In this document: positions 25,541-38,843 of the stretch, piece after piece
Position numbering within the stretch: position 1 is the stretch's first letter
Layout of the letters: the number at the start of each line of letters is the position of its first letter
Source: Eledone cirrhosa
Lineage: Eukaryota
Assembly (NCBI GenBank): GCA_964016885.1
Contig: OZ024740.1
Location: 417,322,001-417,386,000 of the forward strand
Direction: 5' to 3'
DNA: 64,000 bases
The notes under the pieces: model-generated
The model's database searches: none
Told to the model about the DNA's origin: nothing
Seen by the model: the letters and a program-made list of their open reading frames with translations, nothing else
Program-made: the position numbers and the translations under genes

Positions 25541-25807
25541 TGCCAATATTAAAGAAAATAGTTTATCAGATAAAAACAATATTGTTTTACAGTTCTGCTG
25601 TTAAAAAATGTTAATGGAAGATGGCGTTACCAACAATACAAGACATAACTAAAACCTACAAAACTCTCTTACTAATCTCCAATCTAAGACTTCACTTTAT
25701 TGTTTACACAAACTGAATTAACAAATAAAACAATAGAAGTTTGTCAAGATGGGATATCTTTCTGAAGAACTGCATCTCTTTCTGTGTTAACTTAAATGTA
25801 CTTACAG

Positions 25808-26442
25808 GTGCATATATACACATGTACACATATATACATGTGAACATATGCACATATACACATGTGCACATATATACATATACACATGTTCACATATACC
25901 CATGTGCACATATACACATGTGAGCATATACACATGTCAACATATATACATGTGAACATATGCACATATACACATATACACATGTACACATATACACATA
26001 TACACATATACACATGTACACATATACCCATGTGCACATATATACACATGTGAATATATATATATATATACATGTGCACATATATACATATACCCATGTT
26101 CACATATACATATATACACATATATACATGCACATATGCACATATACACATGTGCATATATACATATGTACAAATATATATGTGGATATTTATACATATG
26201 TACATATACATATGTACACATATATACATATACACATATACATATACACACATGTACACATATACATATATACACACATACACATGTACATATACACATA
26301 TGTACCCATGTACACATCTACACATCATCATCATCATGTACATATATATACACACATGCATGTGTATATACATGTACATGTGTACATGTACATGTATATA
26401 CACACATGCACATATATACACATGTACATATATATACACACA
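25808..26442. repeat. Degenerate purine-pyrimidine (CA/TA/TG) microsatellite
   Basis: Seen directly. Confidence 0.9.
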
Positions 26443-27057
26443 TGGTGGTGGCTGCCAACTCGTTTTCGAGTACGGCCACTACTTTATATCCATGTAGGAG
26501 AACCCCTACTCATGCGCTGAACGAGTGTGACTTTTTAGTCCAGCCAGCGACTTGAAAACTCTGGTACAAACACTACACTTGTGACAATTACTGACACATA
26601 GTGCTGGGCCCATGGTACCATGTGACGACAAGTGCAGAGAGATCTCCAGATATAAACCAATGCCTGTGCCGTGAAGCTTTGATAGTGAGCAAAGGCACTG
26701 CACAAAGCCAGTCCCACTCTCTTAACCAAGATGATATTTACCAAAAAGAAGAACAAGCCAACATCATTGGATACCATCAGAGTTGCAGGTGTTATATCAG
26801 AGTTTTCCTTCTCCTAGAATTCTGCCTTGACAAAGGCTAAGGGGTCATCTCACCCGGTGATTTTGGATGGCCATTGACTCTTAAGAGCTCCTTTGCCCTT
26901 TGACTGGTTTTGTTGTTAGTCCTGCAGGATGTCCAAAGTCACCCTCCTCACCAAGAAAGCTTAGTAGGGTTGCCAGTTTAGTCGCCAACGACCCGACCAT
27001 AGGACAGGTTGTACTGGGATCCATGTTACCAGTAGCACCAACTGGTGACCTGACATA
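26443..27057 (-). mobile_element. Internally deleted (bipartite) RTE-like element
   Basis: C-terminal zinc finger CSVCTRVFKSLAGLKSHTRSAH next to a (cac) tail; RTE-type 5' motif ctaggagaaggaaaactctga about 200 bp upstream; no RT between them. Confidence 0.55.
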
Positions 27058-27994
27058 GACACATATACATGTTTATATACATGTACACATGTATATACAC
27101 ATGCACATTTCCACATCTACATATACACATGTCTAAAGTCTATTTCGAGCCCAGAGACTCATCAGGTTAGTTATTATCCCGGTTTCGTGGAAGCACAAGA
27201 CCCTCCCTGCCATAAACAAAACCCCTGTCCATTGCATAGTTTAAACCTCACCCCACTAGCTATTACTGGTACTCATTTTCAGCTGAGTATACTGGAACAA
27301 CAAGAAATGAAGTGTTTTGCTCAAGAACATAACACATCACCCAGGCCAGGAATTCAACCCACGACATTATGATTGTAAGTCCAACACTCTTACCACTAGG
27401 CATACAAACACATACATACACATACATACACAATTATATATACATGTATATCTGTAGGATATATATAGTTATTTAAAATAATTATTTCTACTTTTGGCAC
27501 AAGGCCAGCAATTACCCAGTACATTACTGGTACTTTATTTTGTTGACCTCGTAAGGATGAAAGGCAAAGTTAACCTCGATGGGATAAGTAATGCAGTATC
27601 ATTAGACCTTCAGTTTCTTGCTAATGTGACCATGGCAATACCTATAATTAGTAGTACACACACACAAGTGAATATACTTACTCTCGGGTCTCGCTTAATC
27701 GCTCCTAACATGCCCGCCTTAACCATTTTGGTCTTGTGTATTATTGGCACCATGCAGTTGTACAGAAGACCCAACTGCCATTGCATACAAACCTACAGTC
27801 AGTAGGCACCACTTAAAAGGTTCCCAGTCGACACAGTAAATGAGGTTGGTGTTAGGAAGGGCATCCAGTCATAAAAAACCTGCCAGAGACATTTCCGTAC
27901 GAGTGAGGTATGGTCTCCCGACCACTCCAGCATCAAGTGGAGCAAAACCATTTAACCCTAGCTAGCGTAGAAGATGGACGTTAAACGATGATGA

Positions 27995-28110
27995 TATATC
28001 TATATATATATATACAGACATACACATATATATATACACACATACACATATATATATACACACACACACACATACATATATACACACACACACACACACA
28101 TATATATATG

Positions 28111-28170
<60 letters not shown>

Positions 28171-28175
28171 CACAT

Positions 28176-28235
<60 letters not shown>
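27995..28235. repeat. (TA)n/(CA)n microsatellite after an RTE-type tail
   Basis: Seen directly; tail at about 27830-27995. Confidence 0.9.
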
Positions 28236-29204
28236 TTAGTATTCAGCTGTAATAAGAAGCTATGTAGTATATACTAGTAAATAATGTAAACTTTACCTTT
28301 AACCTTATATAAAAATAAGCAATAATTTACAAATTTACTTTCCTTTTCTGACAAATGATTTGTTTTATTGGTTTACTGTTAATCAATGACATTTAGAAAC
28401 CATTTTGAAATCAATCCACATGAGAACACCACTTTGGTTTTACAACACAAATCCTCTCACTTCTAAACTGTCATATCTAAATTACAACCTTCCAACATAA
28501 TTTTATGTCGGAAATTCCAATATATTCCTTATATTTCGAACACCAGCTTAACCCTTTAGTATTTAAACTAGCTGTATCCGGACAGAATTCTCTCACCTCT
28601 TTCTGTTCAAACTGGCTGTAACCGGCCACTCATTCTGATATTAAGGTATTGTTCTCAAAATAAATATCAAAATCTCATAGATTAGATATTATGTGAAGTA
28701 ATAATTGTTTCTACTTTTGGCACAAGGCCAGCAAATACCCAGTGCATTACTGGTACTTTATTTTATCGTCCCCGTAAGGATGAAAGGCAAAGTTAACCTC
28801 AACGGGATTTGAACTCAGACCGTAAAGGGACGTAACTATGATAGAAAGCATGGCGTCCAACCCTCTACCGATACTGTAAGGTAAAGCCTTTACCATAAAA
28901 ATATAATAGTAAATATAGAGTAATGTAAATGTTAAAGGATTAAATAATGATAAAGTTATTTATTTGAACTAAATTCCTCTAAATTATTGATTACTTTCAA
29001 AATTAATTGTAACACATGGCTTGTGTATTTCAATAAAAAATATGGCCACAAAGCGGATATAATTTAAATTGGCACTCATTTACTTTACCAGGAATCCATT
29101 GTTGCTTACAGCAATGACATACACCAGGGAGCTAGTACATAACTAGAAATAGCAGCCAAATCTCCCTCAATTACACACTATATTCTTAAACAATGAAAAA
29201 TATA

Positions 29205-30160
29205 CAAGGGTTGGCTGAAAAGTTTATAGGCTGACCAAGATACTCTCATGGAATGACCAAATGGGATTTATTTTTCAACATAGTCATTGGAAAGAAGCAA
29301 TGTATTTATTAATAAGAAGAATTGAAATTAATGTATGCAAGATTTCACAGCTCTAGTATTACTTCTTGATAGTTAGCCTATGACCAGAAAATCAATGGTA
29401 GAAGGGATTGGCTTATTATATTTGGGGTCAATATTTTGACGATTTTCACCAACTTCAAATTCTACATAAATAAGGGCTGGATATTTGCCTATTTCTCAAA
29501 CGTAAAATAGTGGGGTCAGCTTATATTCAAGTATATATGGTAGTTAATGCCTGTTTTCATTGTTTAAGACTATAGGGTGTAATTGAGAGAGATTTGGCTG
29601 CTATTTCTAGTTATGTAATGGGTCCCTGGTGTATGTCACTGCTGTCAGCAACAATCACTTTGTCGTAATTGAGTGTAAATTATCCCTTTTGTGGCCATAT
29701 TTCTACTGAAATATGAGGGTCAGCTGAAAATGTCATAGGCTGACCAAGGTACTCTCATGGAATGGATTAATTTCAACTCTTCTTAATAACTGCATTGCTT
29801 CTTTCCAGGGACTATGTTGGAAAATAAACCTCATTTGGTCATTCTATGAGAGTATCTTAGTCAGCCTATGAAGGAGTGATGCTAGAGCTGTGAAATCTTG
29901 CATGCATTAATTTCAACTCTTCTTAATAATTGCATTGTTTCTTTCCAGGGACTATGTTGAAAAATAAACCTCATTTGGTCATTCCATGAGAGTATCTTGG
30001 TCATAAACTGTCTATTAAGCAGTGATGCTAGTGCTGTGAAATCTTGCATACATTAATTTCAACTCTACTTATTAATAACTGCATTGTTTCTTTCCAGGGA
30101 CTATGTTGAACGATAAACCTCATTTGGTCATTCCATAAGAACTTTCCAGCTGATCCTTGT
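29205..30160. mobile_element. Nested mariner-like and pogo-like MITE fragments
   Basis: Repeated ctagagctgtgaaatcttgcatgcattaatttcaactc..aaacctcatttggtcattccatgagagta units in both orientations. Confidence 0.65.
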
Positions 30161-30686
30161 ATATCCTTTTATATTGTATGTTGAAACAACATTGAGTTTG
30201 ATTTTGTCTTCCATTCTTCCACAGATTGATGAAATGAGTATTTATCAAGTGTGTGATATATATGTGATAGTCCTGTCATTTTGAGGGGGAGTCATAGGGG
30301 AGCCGTAGTGACATACAGCGTTTCTTGGGCATTTTAAGCCTGGTAGAGCCCATCCCTTCTCCAGGTCTGAAGATAGCAGCTTTCTTCCAGAGACGGATAG
30401 AGAGAGTGAGAGAATAGAAGTGAGAAAGACATATAAGCGAAAGAATCGACCCCAGTACTTGACTGGTACTTTTTTTTTATCGACCTTGAAAGGATGAAAG
30501 GCAAAGTTGACCTCAAAGAGAAGAGATCTGGAACAAATACCACAAACCATTCTGTCCAACATTCTAACAACTCTGCCACTTTCGCTCCCTTGTTTGTACT
30601 AAGGATCAATTGATGGTAGTCTCTCACAAAATATGAGGCTTTGTTCCTCCTAAGCTAAAGATCAACATCAAACCTAGTCTCAAGAT

Positions 30687-33262
30687 CAGGCATGGGAAAC
30701 CTTTTTCTAACAGTGGGCTGCATAGGATGTGGCTCATCATAAGGTGGGCCACATAGGATGTGGCTCATCATAAGGTGGACTACATAAGATGTGGCTTATC
30801 ATAAGGTGGACCACATAGGATGTGGCTCATCATAAGGTGGGCCACATAGGATGTGGCTCATCATAAAGTGGGCCACATAGGATGTGGCTCATCATAAGGT
30901 GGACTACATAGGATGTGGCTCATCATAAAGTGGACTACATAGGATGTGGCTCATCATAAGGTGGGCCACATAGGATGTGGCTCATCATAAAGTGGGCCAC
31001 ATAGGATGTGACTCATCATAAGGTGGACTACATAGGATGTTACTCATCATAAGGTGGGCCACATAGGATGTGACTCATCATAAGGTGGACTACATAGGAT
31101 GTGACTCATCATAAGGTGGACTACATAGGATGTTACTCATCATAAGGTGGACTCCATAGGATGTTACTCATCATAAGGTGGGCCACATAGGATGTGATTC
31201 ATCATAAGGTGGACTACATAGGATGTGACTCATCATAAGGTGGACTACATAGGATGTGACTCATCATAAGGTGGACTCCATAGGATGTTACTCATCATAA
31301 GGTGGACCACATAGGATGTGACTCATCATAAGGTGGACTACATAGGATGTGACTCATGATAAGGTGGGCCACATAGGATGTGGCTCATCATAAGGTGGAC
31401 TACATAGGATGTGACTCATCATAAGGTGGACCACATAGGATGTTACTCATCATAAGGTGGACCACATAGGATGTTACTCATCATAAGGTGGACTACATAG
31501 GATGTTACTCATCATAAGGTGGACCACATAGGATGTTACTCATCATAAGGTGGACTACATAGGATGTTACTCATGATAAGGTGGGCCACATAGGATGTGG
31601 CTCATCATAAGGTGGACTACATAGGATGTTACTCATCATAAGGTGGACCACATAGGATGTGGCTCATCATAAGGTGGACCACATAGGATGTGACTCATCA
31701 TAAGGTGGACTACATAGGATGTTACTCATCATAAGGTGGACCACATAGGATGTGGCTCATCATAAGGTGGACCACATAGGATGTTACTCATCATAAGGTG
31801 GACCACATAGGATGTTACTCATCATAAGGTGGACCACATAGGATGTTACTCATCATAAGGTGGACCACATAGGATGTGGCTCATCATAAGGTGGACTCCA
31901 TAGGATGTTACTCATCATAAGGTGGACCACATAGGATGTGACTCATCATAAGGTGGACTACATAGGATGTTACTCATCATAAGGTGGACCACATAGGATG
32001 TGACTCATCATAAGGTGGACTACATAGGATGTTACTCATCATAAGGTGGACCACATAGGATGTGACTCATCATAAGGTGGACTATATAGGATGTTACTCA
32101 TGATAAGGTGGGCCACATAGGATGTGGCTCATCATAAGGTGGACCACATAGGATGTGGCTCATCATAAGGTGGACCACATAGGATGTGACTCATCATAAG
32201 GTGGACCACATAGGATGTTACTCATCATAAGGTGGACTACGTAGGATGTGGCTCATCATAAGGTGGACTACATAGGATGTTACTCATCATAAGGTGGACT
32301 ACATAGGATGTTACTCATCATAAGGTGGACCACATAGGATGTTACTCATCATAAGGTAGACTACATAGGATGTGACTCATCATAAGGTGGACTACATAGG
32401 ATGTGGCTTATCATAAGGTGGGCCATATAGGATATGACTCATCATAAGGTGGGCCACATAGGATGTGGCTCATCATAAGGTGGGCCACATAGGATGTTAC
32501 TCATCATAAGGTGGACTACATAGGATGTTACTCATCATAAGGTGGACCACATAGGATGTTACTCATCATAAGGTAGACTACATAGGATGTGACTCATCAT
32601 AAGGTGGACTACATAGGATGTGGCTTATCATAAGGTGGGCCATATAGGATATGACTCATCATAAGGTGGGCCACATAGGATGTGGCTCATCATAAGGTGG
32701 GCCACATAGGATGTTACTCATCATAAGGTGGGCCATATAGGATATGACTCATCATAAGGTGTACCACATAGGATATGACTCATCATAAGGTGGGCCACAT
32801 AGGATGTGGCTCATCATAAGGTGGGCCACATAGGATGTGGTTCATCATAAGGTGGGCCATATAGGTTATGACTCATGATAAGGTGTACCACATAGGATAT
32901 GACTCATCATAAGGTGGACCACATAGGATGTTACTCATCATAAGGTGGACCACATAGGATGTGACTCATCATAAGGTGGACCACATAGGATATGACTCAT
33001 CATAAGGTGGGCCACATAGGATGTGGCTCATCATAAGGTGGACCACATAGGATGTGACTCATCATAAGGTGGGCCATATAGGATATGACTCATCATAAGG
33101 TGGACCACATAGGATATGACTCATCATAAGGTGGGCCACATAGGATGTGGCTTATCATAAGGCAGGCCACACAACTAAAAATTCAATTTTGAAATTAGAC
33201 ATGCCATTCAGAAAGCCAAATGGCCTGCATGTGGCTCCCAGGCTGCAGTTTGCCCATGACTG
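30687..33262. mobile_element. hAT-like MITE inflated by an internal minisatellite
   Basis: TIRs CAGGCATGGGAAAC / GTTTGCCCATGACTG; 8-bp flanks ctcaagat and ttctagat (6/8 identical). Confidence 0.75.
30714..33165. repeat. 31-bp minisatellite, about 79 copies
   Basis: Unit ggccacataggatgtggctcatcataaggtg with recurrent variants. Confidence 0.97.
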
Positions 33263-34180
33263 TTCTAGATGTTCAGCTTTGCAATGTTTCTTTGTCTTTT
33301 CCTCACAAACATCTTTCAAATAAGAAACTACTTTAAACATCAAACTATAAACGTGCCATGGTGATTCAAAGAATAATTTGACAACTAAATATTTGAAATT
33401 TATGACCCAAATTTTTGACAGATTCTTTACTGTACCATTTATATTTAATGCAGTTTGTAAAATAACATATTGAGCTTTAAAGATAATTTAAAAGGAAGTA
33501 AAAATGAGCCAAAATTTGACTTTCCTTTATTTTCATAGAAATACTAGATAACAGGCAAAATATTTCATTGACATAGCAGAATAGTATAATAAATGTTTAT
33601 TAAAATGGGAGAAGGATATTTTAAAAGAAGTTAGTAAAACAAAACTGCATAATAATGAGTAGGAGGAGAAGTAAATGGGGTTAGAGTGTGAGGCTAGGGT
33701 CATGTTCAGTATTAGGATAAGATTTAGTCAAATCTAATGTCTATGGCACCATACTGTCTACTGCTGGAGTTAATATGGCTTCTCTATAGTCTTTGTAGTC
33801 ACACACACATTCACATTCAAGTGTGTACATGCAAGTGCATACAGACGCACCAACACAGATACACACACAAATACACCACATACCACATACACACGCATGC
33901 ACACATACCACATAGACATGCATGCACACACAACGACATACACATGCACAACATACACAAGCATACTTCAATACTCTCATAGACAGAAGAGAGAGAAAAA
34001 AATACAGCATCTCTGCCAACAATATTATCAGTTCTTACAGCAGTAATGATACAGACTGTCTCATGCTAGACTTAATGTCTACAGAAATATCCAGTGTGCT
34101 GGACCACAATACTAGTTTTCAAAAGAACACTCTGCAGCACTTGTAGACATAAGTATATATGAAGCCACATATATAGATAA

Positions 34181-34257
<77 letters not shown>

Positions 34258-34564
34258 AGAGAGATGTATGTTCCTTAGAATAAATAGCCATAGTTAGGTA
34301 ATTCTTTGTGCCTTGGGAGAAAGAAAAACAAATAATGAATTAAATTATCAATGATGGGTTCAAGTGTGATAGAGCAAAACTTATATATGATGGCAAACAT
34401 AGACAGAAAGAGAGCAAGATATGTTGACAGAGTTGAAATATTGAGCTTTAGTGGAAGAGAAAACAGATCAAATAAAACATGAGTAATGGAAGCTGGCAGG
34501 GGAAGAACAAACACTCAATTCAAAATTCAAGGGAGACTGAATTGTTGGAAAAATATATAATATA

Positions 34565-35103
34565 TGGTGCCACAATAAAAGGAACCTAGTCTATACTGTG
34601 AAGTGGTCGTTTTGGTGCAAGGATAAAAAGTATCCAGTTCACACTGAAAAGTAGTTAGTTGTGTTGGTGTCACAATAAAAATCCCCCAATCCACACTGTA
34701 AAATTTCCGTGTAGGTGTCACGACGAAAAGAGCCCAGCCCACACTGTAAAGTGATCGTATTGGTGGTACAACAAAAAGCACCCAGTTCAGACCGTAAAAT
34801 AGTCATGTCAGTGTCATGGCAAAAAGCACTCAACCTACACTGTAAAGTGGTTGTGTTGGTGTCATGATAAAAAGCACTCAGTCCACACTATAAAGTAATC
34901 ATTTTGGTTCCATGCTAAAAAGCATCAATCCACACCGTAAATGTGGTTGGCATGAATAAGGGCATCCAGCTGTAGAAACTAACCCAGAAACAGTTCTGTA
35001 TGAGAAAAACACAGTCACCTGATCTGTCTCACAACAGGACTTGTGTAACCCATACTAGTGTGGAAAAATGAAGGTTAAATAGTGATGATGATGATGATGA
35101 TGA
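34565..35103 (+). mobile_element. RTE-tailed element with about 8 degenerate 48-bp units
   Basis: 48-bp units, then aagggcatccagctgtagaaa motif, then cccatactagtgtggaaaaatg(gat)n tail. Confidence 0.75.
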
Positions 35104-35544
35104 ATATTAAGATGGATAAAATATTGGCAGTAGACTGAAGAGTTGCAATTTTGTATCTCGATGATGTGTTGAGGTACTGAACAATAATATATACTACAGA
35201 TATACCTAACAGTAGAATAAGTAAAGGCTGGGTGAAAAATATATTTGGTGCTGGTGGTGATGGTGGTGATGGTGGTACACCAACATAATTAGAACATAGA
35301 TGAACTGAGGGAGAAACTGGGTTTAACCCTTTAGCATTACTCTATATTTACTCTAGTATTTTTGCAGTAAAGGCTTTATCTCACATAATTATCTCACATA
35401 ATATCGAATCTATGAGATTTTGATGTTATTTATTTTGAGAACAATACCTTAACATCAGTACGAGTGGCCAGTTATAACCAATTTGAACAGCAAGAAGTGA
35501 GAAAATTCTGGCCGGATATGGCCGGTTTAAATGCTAAAGGGTTA

Positions 35545-36060
35545 AGAGGAATCGAAAGTAGCGTGCGGGAGAGAAGACTGCGATGGTACAGATATGTGAT
35601 GTGCATAGAGGATGATTGTTGGGAGAAGAAATGCCAGGAAATTCCAGTAGAAGGAAGCTGCAGTAGACGTAGACAAAGGAAGGAAGACCTTAGTCTACAA
35701 GTGAGGTGGTGAGAGCTGACCTCAAATTGCTGAGACTCACAGAGGAGATGACGAAGAAACATGGCAATTGGAGAGATGCTGTGCTGAAAAGGATCTGTCC
35801 AACCCATGCAAGTGTGGAAAAAAAGGACATATAAACAATGATGATTATGATGATGATGATGTGTAACGTATTAGTACACAGCATTGAAATTGAACAGTCA
35901 ATACAAAAATACTGACTTCTAACTGTTTCATAACTGATCTCAAATCACTGAGGCTGATAGGGGAGATGATGGACTGTGATGAGGGAAGAGATGCTGTACT
36001 AGAAAAAAAACTCATCCAACCCATGCAAGCGTGGAAAAGCCAACATAAAATGATGACGAT
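35545..36060 (+). mobile_element. Two RTE family A 3' fragments
   Basis: VRERRLRWYRYV..; tails at 35800-35860 and 36015-36060. Confidence 0.75.
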
Positions 36061-36460
36061 GATGATGGTGGTGATGGTGGTGGTGGTAGTGGTGGTGATG
36101 GTGACAATGATGACAATGATGATGATGGTGGTGGTGGTGTTGGTGGTGATGATGATGGTGACTGATGATAACGATGATGATGGTGGTGGTGATGGTGATG
36201 ATGATGATGGTGGTGGTGGTAGTGGTGGTGGTGGTGATGATGGTGGTGGTGGTGATGATGGTGTCAATGATGATGACGATGATGATGGTGATGGTGATGA
36301 TGATGGTGGTGGTGGTGATGATGGTAGTGAAGATGATGGTGGTAGTGGTGGTGGTGGTGGTGAGGGTAGTGGTGGTGATGGTGGTGATGGTAGTGAAGAT
36401 GATGGTGATGATGGTAGTGAAGATGATGGTGGTAGTGGTGGTGGTGGTGGTGGTGATGGT

Positions 36461-36493
<33 letters not shown>

Positions 36494-36557
36494 GGTGCTG
36501 GTGGTGGTGGTGGTGCTGGTGGTGGTGGTGGTGGTGGTGGTGGTGATGATGATGATG
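36050..36557. repeat. (GAT/GGT)n trinucleotide expansion from an RTE tail
   Basis: Begins directly at the RTE 3' end; source of the poly-H, poly-G/D and poly-V/M ORFs. Confidence 0.9.
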
Positions 36558-36784
36558 TTTCAATTAACTTCCAACATATGTGTTTTAACCCTTTTGAAAC
36601 TAAATACCAGGCTATTAATGAGAGAATTAGTTGTTTTATTAAATTTCTATAAATATTTTACCATTTTCAAAATTAATTGAAAAACACACACAGTGTATTT
36701 CATTAGAAACACGGTAACAAAAGGGTTAATTGGTTTTGAAAATAATCAAAACATTGAAAGGGTCCTTAAAAAAACATTATCATT

Positions 36785-37840
36785 AAGTCTGAGTTCAAAT
36801 CCCGTCGAGGTTAACTTTGCTTTTCATCCTTACGGGGTTGATAAAATAAAGTACCAGTAATACACTGGGTATTTGCTGGCCTTGTGCCAAAAGTAGAAAC
36901 AATTATTATGTTAGTACTTAAGAGTGGTGGAATGGTAGAACCATTGGATAGTTGGAGAAATACTGAACAGTATTTAATACAGTTCTTTATGTTCTGAGTT
37001 CAAATCCTACCAACATCAACTTAGTCTTTCATCTTTCTGAGATTGATAAAACAAAGTGTCAGTCATTTACTATGGTTCATATGATTGACATCCCAACCTC
37101 TCCTAAATTTTCCTGGCTTTGTGTCAAAATATAAATGGTGGATTGGTAGTATCGGTAGAGGGCCAGACGCCATGCTTTACAGCATAGAGTTACGGGCCTT
37201 TATGATCTGAGTTCAAATCCCGCCGAGGTTAACTTTGCCTTTCATCCTGACGGGGTCGATAAAATAAAGTACCAGTAATGCACTGGGATAATTGCTGACT
37301 TTGTGCCAAAAGGAGAAACAATTATTAACTAATGGCAGTGAATTAGCAGAGTTGTTAGAACATCAGATAGAGTACTTTGTTGGATATTTGTTCTGGCTCT
37401 CTGCTGAGTTCAAATATCACCTTTCATCCTTTCAAGGTCAATAAAAAAGTACCAGTCTAGTACTGGGGTCAATTCTTCCTCTATATCTCTTTTTCACTCT
37501 CTGTCCTTCATCATCATCATCATTTTTATGTCCGTTTTTCCACACCTGCATGGGTTGGACGGGTCCTTCGCAGCACATCATCTCTCCACTCGTCGCTATC
37601 CTTCTCTGGAAGAAATCTGCTTTGTTCAAATCAGAAGAGGGATGGTTTCCGCCAGGCTTAAAAAATGCCCCAGATGCCAATATTATGTCAATTGTGGAAG
37701 CGCATGGCTTAGTGGTTAGAGCATTGGCCCTACAATCGAAACGTTGTGAGTTCAATTCTCGGACCAGGTGATGTGTTGTTTCCTTGAGCAAGACACTTTA
37801 TTTCACGTTGCTTCAGTTTACTCAGCTGTAGAAATGAGAC
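36785..37840 (+). mobile_element. Cluster of four CORE-like SINEs, an inverted RTE tail and a second-family SINE head
   Basis: ctgagttcaaat B boxes near 36790, 36995, 37208 and 37404; tRNA head at about 37697. Confidence 0.75.
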
Positions 37841-38803
37841 GATAGGACTGGGGTCCCTATCATTAAATTACCCAAGACACCTCCAATGAGATATACCTTG
37901 GAGGAGGTCAGCTAAACCTGCATAGATGTGAGACACATACAATATGATGCCCCTATGACATCATCAGGTGTTACAGGTTCATACATTAAGTTAATGTTTG
38001 AAACATAATTTAACAAAATTTTCTGAAGTAAAATTATAATATAAAATTTTGATATAAATATGACTACTGTAAAGTGGACAATTTTATATCATAGAACCAG
38101 GAAGCAGTTTAAGGGGGTAATTATCAAGAGTTGATAATATAATCTCCAATAACACTTATGTATTTTAGCCATGCAGGGGGTATCAGTGTTTCAAAATGAA
38201 TCATCCAATTTCAAAATTCTTTTTGATACACTCTGTACAATTCTTTCTGATACACCCTAAAGAATGATTCAATTTCAAAATTCTTTTTAATAAACCTTAC
38301 ATAAATATCCATAAGTACGCAAATATTTGAATAAATTTACACCCCTATAAAGTGAACAGTTTCAGGTGGGATGAGTATCAACAGTTAATAATATAATATA
38401 ATTGTTTCTACTTTTGGCACAAGGCCAGCAATTAACCAGTACATTACTGGTACTTTATTTTATTGACCCCTTAAGGATGAAAGGCAAAGTTAACCTCAAC
38501 GGGATTTGAACTCAGACCGTAAAGGGACCTAACTATGCTAGAAAGCATGGCATCCAACCCTCTACCGATACTGCTAATTCACCTATAATCTCAGATTTTC
38601 ATTCTCCAATAAAACTTCTGTTTTAGACATAGAAATATCTTTAATTACAGCAAATATTTTAAGATATTTACACCCCCTGTTTGTTTTATGAGAGTGAGCA
38701 AGGTATGGCACAGTCAGCTGGCCAGACTTGCCCTATAAAGTGGATGACCCCCCCTCTATTGCCCCTGTAAATCATGCAAGCATGGAAAATAGACATTAAA
38801 TGG

Positions 38804-38843
<40 letters not shown>

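Noticed and set aside
27125-27175. Minus-strand CTGATGA-gtctctgggctc-GAAA
   Set aside because: Stems I and III do not form and it lies at a SINE end; probably chance.
30714-33165. CRISPR-like array (also considered for the 48, 58 and 67 bp arrays)
   Set aside because: Units are contiguous with no unique spacers, there are no cas genes and the context is eukaryotic.
35966-36680. Poly-His, Gly/Asp and Val/Met ORFs
   Set aside because: Trinucleotide expansion of an RTE tail that is open in several frames.
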